Assembly (NCBI GenBank): GCA_000165345.1
Contig: CM000430.1
Coordinates: forward strand, 640,001 to 704,000
DNA: 64,000 nucleotides
Reading direction: 5' to 3'
In this document: in pieces, positions 12,736-23,111 of the stretch
Numbering within the stretch: position 1 is the first letter of the stretch
Layout of the letters: every line of letters starts with the position of its first letter
Made by a program: the position numbers and the translations under genes
Notes under the pieces: model-generated
The model's database searches: none
What the model was told of the DNA's origin: nothing
What the model saw: only the letters and a program-made list of their open reading frames with translations

Positions 12736-14712
12736 ATGGACGATTTTAGCTTTTCCTTAAATAAATTAAGAAAAGAACAAGAAAAAGAAAGAAAAAAAGT
12801 ACTTGAAAAAAAACAAAGAGAAAAAAAATTTCAAGAAATCAACAAATTTAAAATTGATGATTACTTATCTAATATTGAAAGAACCTTTATTAAACAACAA
12901 AATAATATTTCAAATGAAGTGTATTTAGAACATAAAAACCCAAATAATCAAATTTTTCAAGAAGAAAATAAATACTCTTGGATACTTAAGCTAAATTTAA
13001 AAGATTATAATAATAATAATAATAATAATAATAGTAATAGTAATTCAAAATTTCCAAATAATGGTGAAACTGATCAAGTAATACTCCCAAATAACCTACT
13101 TAAAATATTAAGTAGTGATGAATCAATATATCCACTATATTTTAATATAAAATGTTTAAACCATCATATTTCTGAAAATATTAATCCAATTGAAACTCAT
13201 TGTGGAGTATTGGACTATTCCGAAGAACCAGGATACATTTCTTTACCGAATAAAGTTCTTAGATGTTTAAATATTAATCCAAATGATTCAGATTTTAAAA
13301 GTAATAAACCAATAATATGGATTCAAATTACATACAAAAAACTTTTAAAAGGATCTTTTGCTTCTTTTGAAATCTTAAATAATCAGGATATATTCAAAAT
13401 GCATGATATTGAATCTTTACTTGAAAGTTATTTAAGAAATCATTTTCTTACTTTGACAATTGGAGATACATTAATGATTAATCAACCAAATTATTCTAGT
13501 AATAACTATTGTATTTCTTTAATTAAAGTAAAACATTTAGAACCTGATAATTCGATTAGTTTAATCAATACTGATATTTCATTAGATATTACATATAAAG
13601 ATTCAAAGAATGAACAAACAATTCAAGATCATGCTGAAAATACCATTGAAAATTCAATCAGACTGATGAATATTGGTGATATTATTCATTTTGATGATAA
13701 ATTGGATGATTTAATTAATTTCAAATTAGATATACCATTTAATTTGAAAAAAGTCTTTCTAAATGAATCAGATACTGAAAATAATACAAAATTGAATATT
13801 TCAATCATTTCAAATCATTATTATGATATTTTTGTTTCATTTCCTCCCATTTTTGAAGCATCATCACATCTTCACATTTTCAGATCGTTTCCTGAAGACT
13901 ACTGCTACTACTCTAATTCTAACAACAATAATAAAAGCAAAAATACTAACCTGGTCATATCAAGTAACGAATTTATTAACTACTTAAAAACATTAGAAAG
14001 AAATATTTCTTGTAATCAAGACTCATCTTCATTGTTATTATTATTTCCCTCGATACTTTTTATTACCATCCAAAAACATAAAAATTCATCCTCAATTAAC
14101 AATGATATTATTTCAAATAATGAAAAATGCTCATTATCTTCTAGTATTCAAGTAAATATCCAATATTATAAAAAGGAAAGTACAATAGACGTAATCAATC
14201 AACCAATAGAAAACGAATTTTCAACTTGTATTAATTGTAAAAGAAAAATACCGAGTGATAATTTAGATCTACATTCTTTACAATGCGAAAAAATGTATAA
14301 AAGATGCAATCAATGCGATCTTATTTTAAAAAAGAGTGATTTTGAAAAACATACTCACTGTAATAAATGTATTAAATTTGGATTAAGCTTAGACCAAATT
14401 CAAATTCATGACAAATTATATCATCAATTTACTCAATGTAAACTTTGTAACCAAGATAATATTAAACCTATACAACTTACAATACATCAAACACAAGAAT
14501 GTCCAAAAAGGATAATACTTTGTAGGTATTGTAATAATTTTGTACAAGCCGGTACCGATGGACATTATGTTGATTATAAAGATAAGTATTATTATAACTT
14601 AACATCACACGAATCTTATTGTGGATCTAGAACAACAAATTGTAATATATGTAATAAAATTGTATTAATTAAAGAATTAAAATTTCATATTGATCTAGTA
14701 CATGCAAAATAA
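12736..14712 (+). CDS. UFD1-domain protein with a C-terminal array of TRAF-type/C2HC zinc fingers (658 aa).
   Basis: ATG at 12736 verified. Residues about 110-290 align to the UFD1 N-domain (ILPxxLLxxL...YPLYFNI...THCGVLDYSEEPGYISLP...LRNHFLTLTIGDTLMINQ). The C-terminus has repeated C-x2-C-x11-H-x3-C units. Confidence 0.8.
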   Translation: MDDFSFSLNKLRKEQEKERKKVLEKKQREKKFQEINKFKIDDYLSNIERTFIKQQNNISNEVYLEHKNPNNQIFQEENKYSWILKLNLKDYNNNNNNNNSNSNSKFPNNGETDQVILPNNLLKILSSDESIYPLYFNIKCLNHHISENINPIETHCGVLDYSEEPGYISLPNKVLRCLNINPNDSDFKSNKPIIWIQITYKKLLKGSFASFEILNNQDIFKMHDIESLLESYLRNHFLTLTIGDTLMINQPNYSSNNYCISLIKVKHLEPDNSISLINTDISLDITYKDSKNEQTIQDHAENTIENSIRLMNIGDIIHFDDKLDDLINFKLDIPFNLKKVFLNESDTENNTKLNISIISNHYYDIFVSFPPIFEASSHLHIFRSFPEDYCYYSNSNNNNKSKNTNLVISSNEFINYLKTLERNISCNQDSSSLLLLFPSILFITIQKHKNSSSINNDIISNNEKCSLSSSIQVNIQYYKKESTIDVINQPIENEFSTCINCKRKIPSDNLDLHSLQCEKMYKRCNQCDLILKKSDFEKHTHCNKCIKFGLSLDQIQIHDKLYHQFTQCKLCNQDNIKPIQLTIHQTQECPKRIILCRYCNNFVQAGTDGHYVDYKDKYYYNLTSHESYCGSRTTNCNICNKIVLIKELKFHIDLVHAK

Positions 14713-14725
14713 ATATTATTTTCTA

Positions 14726-15477
14726 TCAAAGTTCAATTCTCTCCTTCATAAACTTATTATTAAATGGAATCTGATCAGTATTCTCCAAATTTGAAATACT
14801 ATATTTTTGGGGGAAAACATCAAAATAACTCATTACATCCTCTTCTAGATCTAAATTATTCATCTGAATGGAATTTTTATTTTCATTACTATCAATTATA
14901 AAATTATTACCCATATTTGCTTTATTCTCATTATGTAAACTTTTTAATATACAATACGTACTCATCTGTTTAATCAAAATATCTTTTAGATATTCCTTTT
15001 CTATTTTTAAATTCTCAATTTTCTTCTTCATATGTAATTTATCTTTAGATTCGTTTTTTTCATTATATATTTCTTTAATCATACAAATTACCCTATCTAT
15101 TCCTTTAATGAATTCTCTACATAAAGACTGTTCTCTTAATAATTCCATCTTCAGTTCTTCTTCCTTTTCGTCACTTTTAACCCCTTTTTGATTATTTTCT
15201 AAAAAAAATATTACTTTATACTTTAATAATAAAAAAAATAAAGTCAATCAAATTTTAATTAGTCATTTTTTAATCATTAACTTTCCCATATTTACAAACG
15301 TACCTTTTTAATCTCTAACTCTAATTTCTTAACTTCCCATTTAACTTCACATAGCAATGTTTCAACCAACTCTTTAGTTGCTCCTGTTATATACCCATCC
15401 AGATCTTTCTCTTTAACTTTATTTATCTCAATATTACCTGAATTTCCTACTTTGTAAATTTCATAGTTTTTCTCCAT
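14726..15477 (-). CDS. Two-exon coiled-coil protein (about 223 aa). Exon 1 is 15477..15304 and exon 2 is 15220..14726, with an 83-nt intron at 15303..15221.
   Basis: Both the 81-aa and 173-aa track ORFs 'start' at TTG. The first ATG is at 15477. A canonical donor AAG|GTACGT lies at 15303-15298. A poly-pyrimidine tract plus AAG| acceptor ends at 15221. Both junctions are phase 0 and the frames join as ...LEIKK|YKVIFF... Confidence 0.5.
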
Positions 15478-16496
15478 ATTTACTTTTTCAATTCTATTAT
15501 ACAAACTAATATTAAGATCTCGTTGATTTCTTCTCAACTACTGATTTACCTTTATTTCATATTAATAATACAAAAAATAACTGTTTTAAGTTACTAAAAA
15601 ATTTTTCACCTAATAAAAAAGGTAAAGATTAATGTATTTTTTTTAACTTAATGATTTTGAAAAAAAATGTTAAAATCTTCTGCTTAGAGCAATGAAATCA
15701 TTCAATATTCATCCACATTTGTCAAATTTTGTTTTGACAAGTCGGTATCTAAGATCCTTTTTCAAGAATTAAGATAAACTGACTTAATTAAGATTTATTG
15801 ACCAAACAAAGTTGAATATAGGCAAATGATTCTTACTTTAACTAGTATTTTTTGTTTCTTATTTATTAATTTCTATTTTCTGTATACTAGATGAATAATA
15901 AATATTGTTTCTGCCAATTTAAACGCTTTCCCGCCATTAATTAATTTTATTAAGATCATTACTTAGCATGCAAATCAATAATTTAAAAATAAAGCGCCAA
16001 ATTGCATGCAATTTCTATATTTTCTCCCCACATATTTTTTTGACAATTTTTTTTTGGAAAAAGAAGGAAAATAAAAAAGTTTTGTTTATTTTTAAAGGTT
16101 TTGAGTGTTCACAAAATGTTTAGCTGAAATTTCTTTTTAAATCTATAAATAGATTTTCTCTTATTATGTTCTATTTTAAAGTCGTCAGAGCGACTTTTTT
16201 TTTAATAAATATACATTATCATTTTTTCGAATTATTAAAAAAAAGATTAATTACTAATTAAGAATATAGAAATATATAGAGATACTTGATTAGTTAAACA
16301 AATGTATTAATATTATATTGTAGGTGTATTTCTATTGAAGTTCGTGTACTATATGCTTATTATTTGAAGTGGCGCCAATATGTGGGGCTAAAGTTTCTAA
16401 TTAATTTATTATTGTTAATCCAGAAAGTTTAATGTTTAATAAAGCTATTAACGGTAGAAAAAAAAAGGAAGAAAGAAAAGGCAAATGAATTAATAA

Positions 16497-18533
16497 TTAT
16501 TGCTGATATGACCATGGACCAAATTTATTTTTCTGAATTTCCTTGCATTTAATACTTAATTCCTTCAAGTGATCCTTGTTGATACTCTTAATCAGCAACG
16601 TTTTAGTAATATTCAAAAGTCTTTCCAATGAAGACTTTAGCTTGTCCTTAATTTCATATATGCTTTTGCTTGGAGTTTGTCTTTTTGTGATTCCAACTTC
16701 CTTATTGTTTTTATTACAAGAAGAACTATTATAAGTATTGTTAGTACTAGTAATATCAACAGAAGATTCCGGTATAGAGCTATGATCGCTTTGTTCAAAA
16801 ATACTTGTCATTATCCCATCATAGTATTCCTTATATCTTGTAATGATTTGATTGTTAACGTCAGTTTTTTTAGTAAAACCAGCTTCCAAACTTTGAGAAG
16901 GCTGGTTTTGCTCGGGAATCAAACGATTTTCGCAAGAATTCGACGGATCAATACATTTTAAATCATCATATTGAGAATCTGCGATTGTACTGTTTAAAGC
17001 AGGCTTCTCTTCATCCTGTTCTTCCTTTTCCTTTACTTCGTCATTGTCTAAAAAATACTCGAAGCTTTGCATATTCAAATCAGTAGAATTTATAGGTATA
17101 CTATCTCTAATCTTGTGATTATCATCTTTGAAAAATTCAATGCAATCATAAGAGGGATTGGATGAATATTTGAGCTCCATTTCTTGGATATAATCAACAT
17201 CCAGATCTATTTCAAACTGAGATTCTGTGATAAGTTCACTCCATACATGAGGTAAAGAAATTATATTAGGATCATTTGTTAGATTACCATGATTTACAAC
17301 ATTATAATCACCAGAATCATTTATTAAATCTGAATCAGGAAATCCAAAGTCATTACTTTTGTGGTTAATATTATTATTGTTAGTATTATTAGAAAACAAT
17401 GTATTAAAGTTATTAAAGAATCGAATTACATTACTTTTTCCTAGTTCATCTTTGATATTCAAAAATACATTTCCAAAGATTCCATTCTTAGTTGTTGGAG
17501 TTGAGTATTTGATTGCATTCATAATATCTGCAATATCATTTGAATAAAGTATATTGGATTCAATTCTTTGAAGCCTATATAATATAAGTTTATATAATGG
17601 AACCCAACCTTGCTGAAAGAAATCATCCCAAAATTTTCCTATGATATTTAAAGGTATACTATATGAGAAAAGAGTTAGAAACCAATCAGTAGCTAACATA
17701 TCTATAGTGCCTCCCTGTCTAATAATATGATCCCATATAATATGTAATTCTTTTTCCATTAATTGATTCAAAATTAAACATTTGACTCTTAATCCCGGCA
17801 ATCCTGATACAAACATTTCTCTCATGCCGTAATTAAACATTAAAGAAACCAATAATTCAAATGCCTGTTCTTCACTACTTGAATGCCAAAGTATACATCC
17901 AACTAAAAAATTCATACCTTGTACATATCCAACATCTATATCCATCAATGAATATATTAACAAAATCTTACTCAAGTAACTTTTACCTTCAAATTTGAAA
18001 TAAGAAATTGATGGATACGTCCTACATACATCCATATATATACTATTCATTACTCTATTACTAAATATTTTATTTATTACACCATTTTCTGTCAAATCTA
18101 TTTCAATTATATCGCTTCCCTCCATTCTTACAATGTACTCGACTATATTTATTAATTCTCTATAAATGGTTGTCAATCCTAATTCATTAGATTTCGAAAC
18201 CTCTAACCAATTCTGCATTCTCACACATCTTCCTTGATTGTCTTTATCACAATCACAATGAGGCCCTACTTTATCAAGCTTTAGAAATCGAACAAAACTA
18301 AGTCTTTTTCTATCATTTGTTTTTTTTCTCAAATCCGAATTTAGGCATCCTGGTTCTTTCGTATTCGTCTCCTCTTGCTTCTTCTCAAATCCTGATTCTG
18401 ATTCAGAATCAGATTCTACTTCATTCTTTGATGGCTGCATTTCTTCTACATTATTCAATGAGGGAACAAAATAATTATATGCTTTTTTCACTGCTAGCAA
18501 GGTCACAATATTTGTTTCCTCTTTCAATTCCAT
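16497..18533 (-). CDS. TBC-domain Rab GTPase-activating protein (678 aa).
   Basis: ATG at 18533 verified. TBC signature motifs are present: IDVGYVQGMNFLVG and the arginine-finger region; ...DWFLTLFSY... Confidence 0.85.
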   Translation of the reverse strand: MELKEETNIVTLLAVKKAYNYFVPSLNNVEEMQPSKNEVESDSESESGFEKKQEETNTKEPGCLNSDLRKKTNDRKRLSFVRFLKLDKVGPHCDCDKDNQGRCVRMQNWLEVSKSNELGLTTIYRELINIVEYIVRMEGSDIIEIDLTENGVINKIFSNRVMNSIYMDVCRTYPSISYFKFEGKSYLSKILLIYSLMDIDVGYVQGMNFLVGCILWHSSSEEQAFELLVSLMFNYGMREMFVSGLPGLRVKCLILNQLMEKELHIIWDHIIRQGGTIDMLATDWFLTLFSYSIPLNIIGKFWDDFFQQGWVPLYKLILYRLQRIESNILYSNDIADIMNAIKYSTPTTKNGIFGNVFLNIKDELGKSNVIRFFNNFNTLFSNNTNNNNINHKSNDFGFPDSDLINDSGDYNVVNHGNLTNDPNIISLPHVWSELITESQFEIDLDVDYIQEMELKYSSNPSYDCIEFFKDDNHKIRDSIPINSTDLNMQSFEYFLDNDEVKEKEEQDEEKPALNSTIADSQYDDLKCIDPSNSCENRLIPEQNQPSQSLEAGFTKKTDVNNQIITRYKEYYDGIMTSIFEQSDHSSIPESSVDITSTNNTYNSSSCNKNNKEVGITKRQTPSKSIYEIKDKLKSSLERLLNITKTLLIKSINKDHLKELSIKCKEIQKNKFGPWSYQQ

Positions 18534-19294
18534 TAATTTATCGTCAAAATAACTTTATTTCTCTTCTTTATAAACTTCCACTAAGTCTATCCATTTGCCA
18601 CTTCTTTCTTTTCGTACTTTTTTTAATCTTCACACATTAATTTTACTACTGAATTTAATAGTCATATTTTCCCGCCTTTTGCCAGTTAAATATGATGGCA
18701 ATAATGAGCACACAAAAAAAAAATGTACAGTAATGATTAGAGGCTTAATAGCTTTTGAATATTCATGAAAGTATTTATCAAATTTTTTTTTAAGTTAATA
18801 TGAGATCCTAAATTGTATAATAATTTACTTTTACTGAAGTATCAAAAAATGTCTAGTGGTGATAGAATGAATTCACATTAATTTAAAAAATAGCAAAGCT
18901 AGTAATACTGGGAATGGAAAGGGAATAAAAAAGAAGAGGGAAGGGCTCATAAATTGTTTGAAATAAAAATATGAATTAATTCTGTCGAATTGTTATCGCC
19001 TATTCTCTGTTTTCTTAAACAAATATATTAAAAAACAAAGAAACTTACAAAAGTACTGTTAGCTTGATTGATTTTATATTCGATTTTGTTCTTTAATTAT
19101 CAAAAGTGGTATTAAATAGAAGGTAATTTAAAACTGTTAATATGCTAATTCTATTTACTGAAATTCAGCCTTTTTTTCCAATAATATAATGTTCAGTATG
19201 TATGCATTACGCACCGGCGGCAATTTAATTGTGCATGTATTGACTATATTATACCATGTGGGGCGGCAAATGAGTGCAGAAAGGAGGAATAGAA

Positions 19295-20574
19295 TCATTT
19301 TGAATATTTATGACAGTTCATAACTTGTGCTAGAAAGGCTTCAATATGCCATATATCTTTACTTCCAAGCTTTAATGTATGAGCGTAGTGTGCAGCAGCA
19401 TTAATAATGATTGGTTGAGCACTGGCAGAAACAATTGATAGTAGCTGTTTAGTTAATGTAACAAGAATCAAATCAGCTGGAATACAGCTACATAACAAGT
19501 CGTATAAAGGTTCTCTTACATCTAAAAGCGTTTTTGGATGAGGGTTTTTAACAATCTGAGTTTAGAAATAAAAAAAATGTTGGTTAGAGGTTTTGGGATG
19601 GGAAATCAAATAAGAAATAAATTATATATATTCAAATCTTGGAGGTTTTTGTAGGAAACTTACGCTAGTGGCAATATCAATGCAAACCTTTTGCCATGGA
19701 AGCTTCAAAGCACTTGGAGGATTTGAAAAAGATTGTGTATGAGCAGTTTCTAATATTAGAATTGCTCTTCTTAAATTACATTCAGATTCTGTAACTATTT
19801 GTTCGAGATAATTATTAGGTACTTGAAGATTTTCAGAATTAGAAATAAATCTCAAAACTTGAAGAACCTCCTCAGGAGAAGGTAAAGGCACCCTAATACA
19901 TAAACATCGGCTTCTTAAGGGTGGAATGATAGATGATAACTGTTCACAATGTAATATTAATCTACTGTTATTTGAATACTTTTCCATAGTCCTTCTTAGC
20001 CCTGCTTGAGCCTTTAAAGATAAGACATCAGCCTCCAGTATTGTAAATACACGATAATTTGGGCCTTTAGAAAAGAATGAGTTGGCTCCCATTTGTGAAC
20101 TTAGTTGCTTAATTAAATATTGTGTAACTATGCCATCCTTCGTACCCAAATCTGGTGCACTAATCTGCATATGATGGGGGCTTTGGCATAAAACAAATTC
20201 ACTATTTGTTCCTTCTGGTTTTATCATATCTGCTTTAACCTATAAAAAAATTACTCTAGTAAATCGTACTATAAAGAAAATTATTATTATTGCTTTACTT
20301 TCCTTCTCAATTCAACTCTCAGTTCAAACAATAATAATGGAAATATTGTTAATTACAATTTCTCCCAACTTACCTTATCTACTGAATCTCCAAAAATTTC
20401 GTGCAGAACTGATGAAATTCTTACTTTTTTCCCTCCCCCTGAAGGGCCGTAAAAAAGCAAATGTGGAATATTACCATTTGAATTTGAAGTAATCTTTTCT
20501 AATAAACTATTTAGTTCTTTGTTGCACTTCAAATCCCTAAGATATCGTGGCTGGTATTTATCAATCCAAAGCAT
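19295..20574 (-). CDS. RFC3: Replication factor C small subunit (RFC3/RFC38-like), three exons: 20574..20374, 20239..19664 and 19555..19295.
   Basis: The three track ORFs (73, 201 and 67 aa) align collinearly with RFC3: PHLLFYGPSGGGKK Walker A, then LRRTMEKYS...SRC, then the C-terminal LGSKDIWHIEAF. Donors are AAG|GTAAGT at 20373 and AGC|GTAAGT at 19663. Acceptors are T-tract+TAG| at 20240 and CTAAACTCAG| at 19556. All junctions are phase 0, with in-frame stops just inside each intron. Confidence 0.85.
19556..19663 (-). other. Intron 2 of the RFC3 gene (108 nt, GTAAGT...CAG).
   Basis: See the RFC3 evidence above. Confidence 0.75.
20240..20373 (-). other. Intron 1 of the RFC3 gene (134 nt, GTAAGT...TAG).
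   Basis: See the RFC3 evidence above. Confidence 0.75.
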
Positions 20575-20654
20575 TTCACAATTTTTTTTCCTCTTCTTTC
20601 TGAATATTTATTTTATTTCTGTTTATATATTTCATTGGTAAATTCCCATTCCTG

Positions 20655-20668
20655 TTTTTGGCGCCAAA
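20655..20668. promoter_or_regulatory. Palindromic E2F-type site TTTTTGGCGCCAAA about 85 nt upstream of the RFC3 ATG.
   Basis: Read directly from the sequence. E2F sites upstream of DNA-replication genes are the classical arrangement. Confidence 0.5.
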
Positions 20669-21136
20669 TACGCCTCACATTACGCTGGTACTTATTAATT
20701 TCAAGTCAGACAATATTATTTGGTTGTAAGAGAGAAATAGATCAATAAAAACAATAATTGATTTAATATTTAGGATGGAACACATCTAAACAAAGTAAAA
20801 CTAAGCATTAAAAGAAAAATAAAGAAATAAGAGGAGGTTTTGGTCTTCTCAAAGCTCCCACTTTTCCTCCTAATATCCTCTCATTCATTAAAAATATTAT
20901 TTTTATCAAATAATAAAGCCAACCTCCAATATAGATATATACAATAGTATTATAGTAATAACAATAACATGCAACTTAATAGTAATAGTAATTTTGTTTA
21001 TAGTGGCAGTCAATAAAAATATATTTTATATACAGTTAATTTGGCGCTCATAAATTACATGCATGCATGCAATCTTGCCAAAATCCAAAAAATTTTGAAA
21101 TATAATTGTTATTGGAATTATAAAATATAATATTAA

Positions 21137-22213
21137 TTAAGATTGCTGGTTAATCTTGCTATTTTTACAAACATTTTCATCATTATTGCTATAACTTTCA
21201 ACATTTAAGTTTTTATTTGGATTTTCAGTTAAAGAAATCTCTTGGGTAAGAGTTTCTCCAGATGTATATTTGGTGATAAAAGGATGTTTGAGCATATCAG
21301 CAATAGTGATCCTGTTTTGAGGTAATTTTTGTAGTGCTGAATGAATGAATCCAACCAAAATTGGAGACCAGTGAGGTGAATATTCGGGCTGTTTGTTTTG
21401 AATCAAGTAGTACTGAACATTATGCCCCTGATTTGAAGGAAAAGGAGGTTCACCCTTAACTAGCTCATAGCATAAAACTCCCAAAGACCAAATGTCTACT
21501 TCTGGTCCGTACTCTTGCTTCCTAGTGATCTCTGGCGGGAGGTAATCGTAGGTCCCGCAAAATGTTCTCCTTCTACTCTTGTTATTGTTAATATGTGAAG
21601 ACCAACCAAAATCTGCAAGCTTGAGTTGGCCATCCACTCCTATCAAAATATTTTCAGGTTTTATATCTCTGTGAATAACATGTTTCCTATGACAACACTG
21701 AATAGCTTCAATCATCATCTTCATATATCTTGCAGCTTGGTATTCCTTGAGTGGCCCATCTGTACACAACTTTTCGTAAAGCTCTCCACCTGGAGCTATC
21801 TCTATTACAAGCCAAATTCTGCTCTTATCTTCAAACCATGCGTAGAGTTGGAGGATATTTTCATGCTTTAAATGCGCCTGAATCTCAATTTCTCTTCTAA
21901 CTTGAACTTCCATCCCGCTCTTTACGAGATTCTTCTTCCTAAGTACTTTTAAACCAACAATATACTTTGTTCTTCTTTCTCTTGCCAAATAAACTGACCC
22001 AAATTGGCCACTACCTAACTTTCTACCAATATCGAAATCTGAAATACTTAATTCTGGGCAGTGCAAAGGACATGCTAAAGCCAAATCTGAGATTGAATAC
22101 ATTCTTGGAGCTCGTAAATATGGTGAATTTCTTCTTATGACCCTGGTTGTTGTCATTCTCTTTTCACTTCCATTCATCTCCTCATTTATTGCCATTTTTG
22201 TATGCTCTGACAT
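21137..22213 (-). CDS. Aurora-family Ser/Thr protein kinase.
   Basis: The track start at 22219 is GTG; the first ATG is at 22213. Motifs: GxGxFGxV, VGLKVL, HRDIKPEN, DFGWS (the Aurora signature) and CGTYDYLPPE. Confidence 0.9.
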   Translation of the reverse strand: MSEHTKMAINEEMNGSEKRMTTTRVIRRNSPYLRAPRMYSISDLALACPLHCPELSISDFDIGRKLGSGQFGSVYLARERRTKYIVGLKVLRKKNLVKSGMEVQVRREIEIQAHLKHENILQLYAWFEDKSRIWLVIEIAPGGELYEKLCTDGPLKEYQAARYMKMMIEAIQCCHRKHVIHRDIKPENILIGVDGQLKLADFGWSSHINNNKSRRRTFCGTYDYLPPEITRKQEYGPEVDIWSLGVLCYELVKGEPPFPSNQGHNVQYYLIQNKQPEYSPHWSPILVGFIHSALQKLPQNRITIADMLKHPFITKYTSGETLTQEISLTENPNKNLNVESYSNNDENVCKNSKINQQS

Positions 22214-23111
22214 TTTCACAGTTCAATCTGTTTTAAATATAATTCCTACCTGCTATTGAAATTCAACAATTAATTCTCTTCTTCCACCCAACATACAACA
22301 CCACTTCAGTTTATTCTTCACCTATTTGTCTCACCACCCCCTTTCAGTATAGGGGAATTAAGAGAATTATAGCTTTTCTTCTACCCTCTTATATTTTCCT
22401 CCCACTCGGTATTAATTCTTTCTTTCTTAGTTTCTTTCTATATACCACTTTAATGAGAATATGGCACTCTTCTTTGTTCTACTTTATCTCAAATCTTTAA
22501 CTCTGTAATTACTACAATTCTATATTTTCCCTTCGTTCCTACTTTTTTTTCCTTATTCTCCATTCAATTCACCCCACATAATATTCGAACTTATTTCCCG
22601 CCTAGTTTCTTATGCATTTAATATTATTTGTTAATTTTCACGTTTTTAATTGTAAAATGCAATAGTTACTCTACATTCTTTTCTTTTAGTAGCTCTCCAT
22701 AATTTCTTTTCCTATTAACATTTTTCTAAAACCTAAGCAATTTTTGTGGTTATCCTTGTTTTTATCATTTTTTTTTCATGGCTTTGGTTCCTCAATTTTT
22801 GCTTTTCCCCCACCTCACATTTAAACTAGCTGCTTCAAGTTCTATTCTAATTTTGCATGTTTTACCGCCAAAAAGTTTAAAGTTCATTTTATTTAGAAGT
22901 GGACTGGCGGTATAATGAAATCGTATTTATTTGAGATTGGGAGTAATAAAATTGAGGGGATGAGAATTCAGTTGAACTGAGATAAATATTTGCTTTTTTT
23001 TTCTAAAATTGAGTGTTGATTTACTTATTTTGCCCAAATAAGCAGGCCTCTTGTGTTAAGAAAAAAGATTTAATAAATTGGTCCATTGGGCTGTTTTATC
23101 ATTAAGAAAGA

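Noticed and set aside
16677-18640. Small plus-strand ORFs overlapping the TBC Rab-GAP gene, and similar nested ORFs in the DnaJ, ArfGAP, TTC27-like, GPI and Hsp70 genes
   Set aside because: They are short, have no motifs, and are fully contained in or antisense to long conserved genes.
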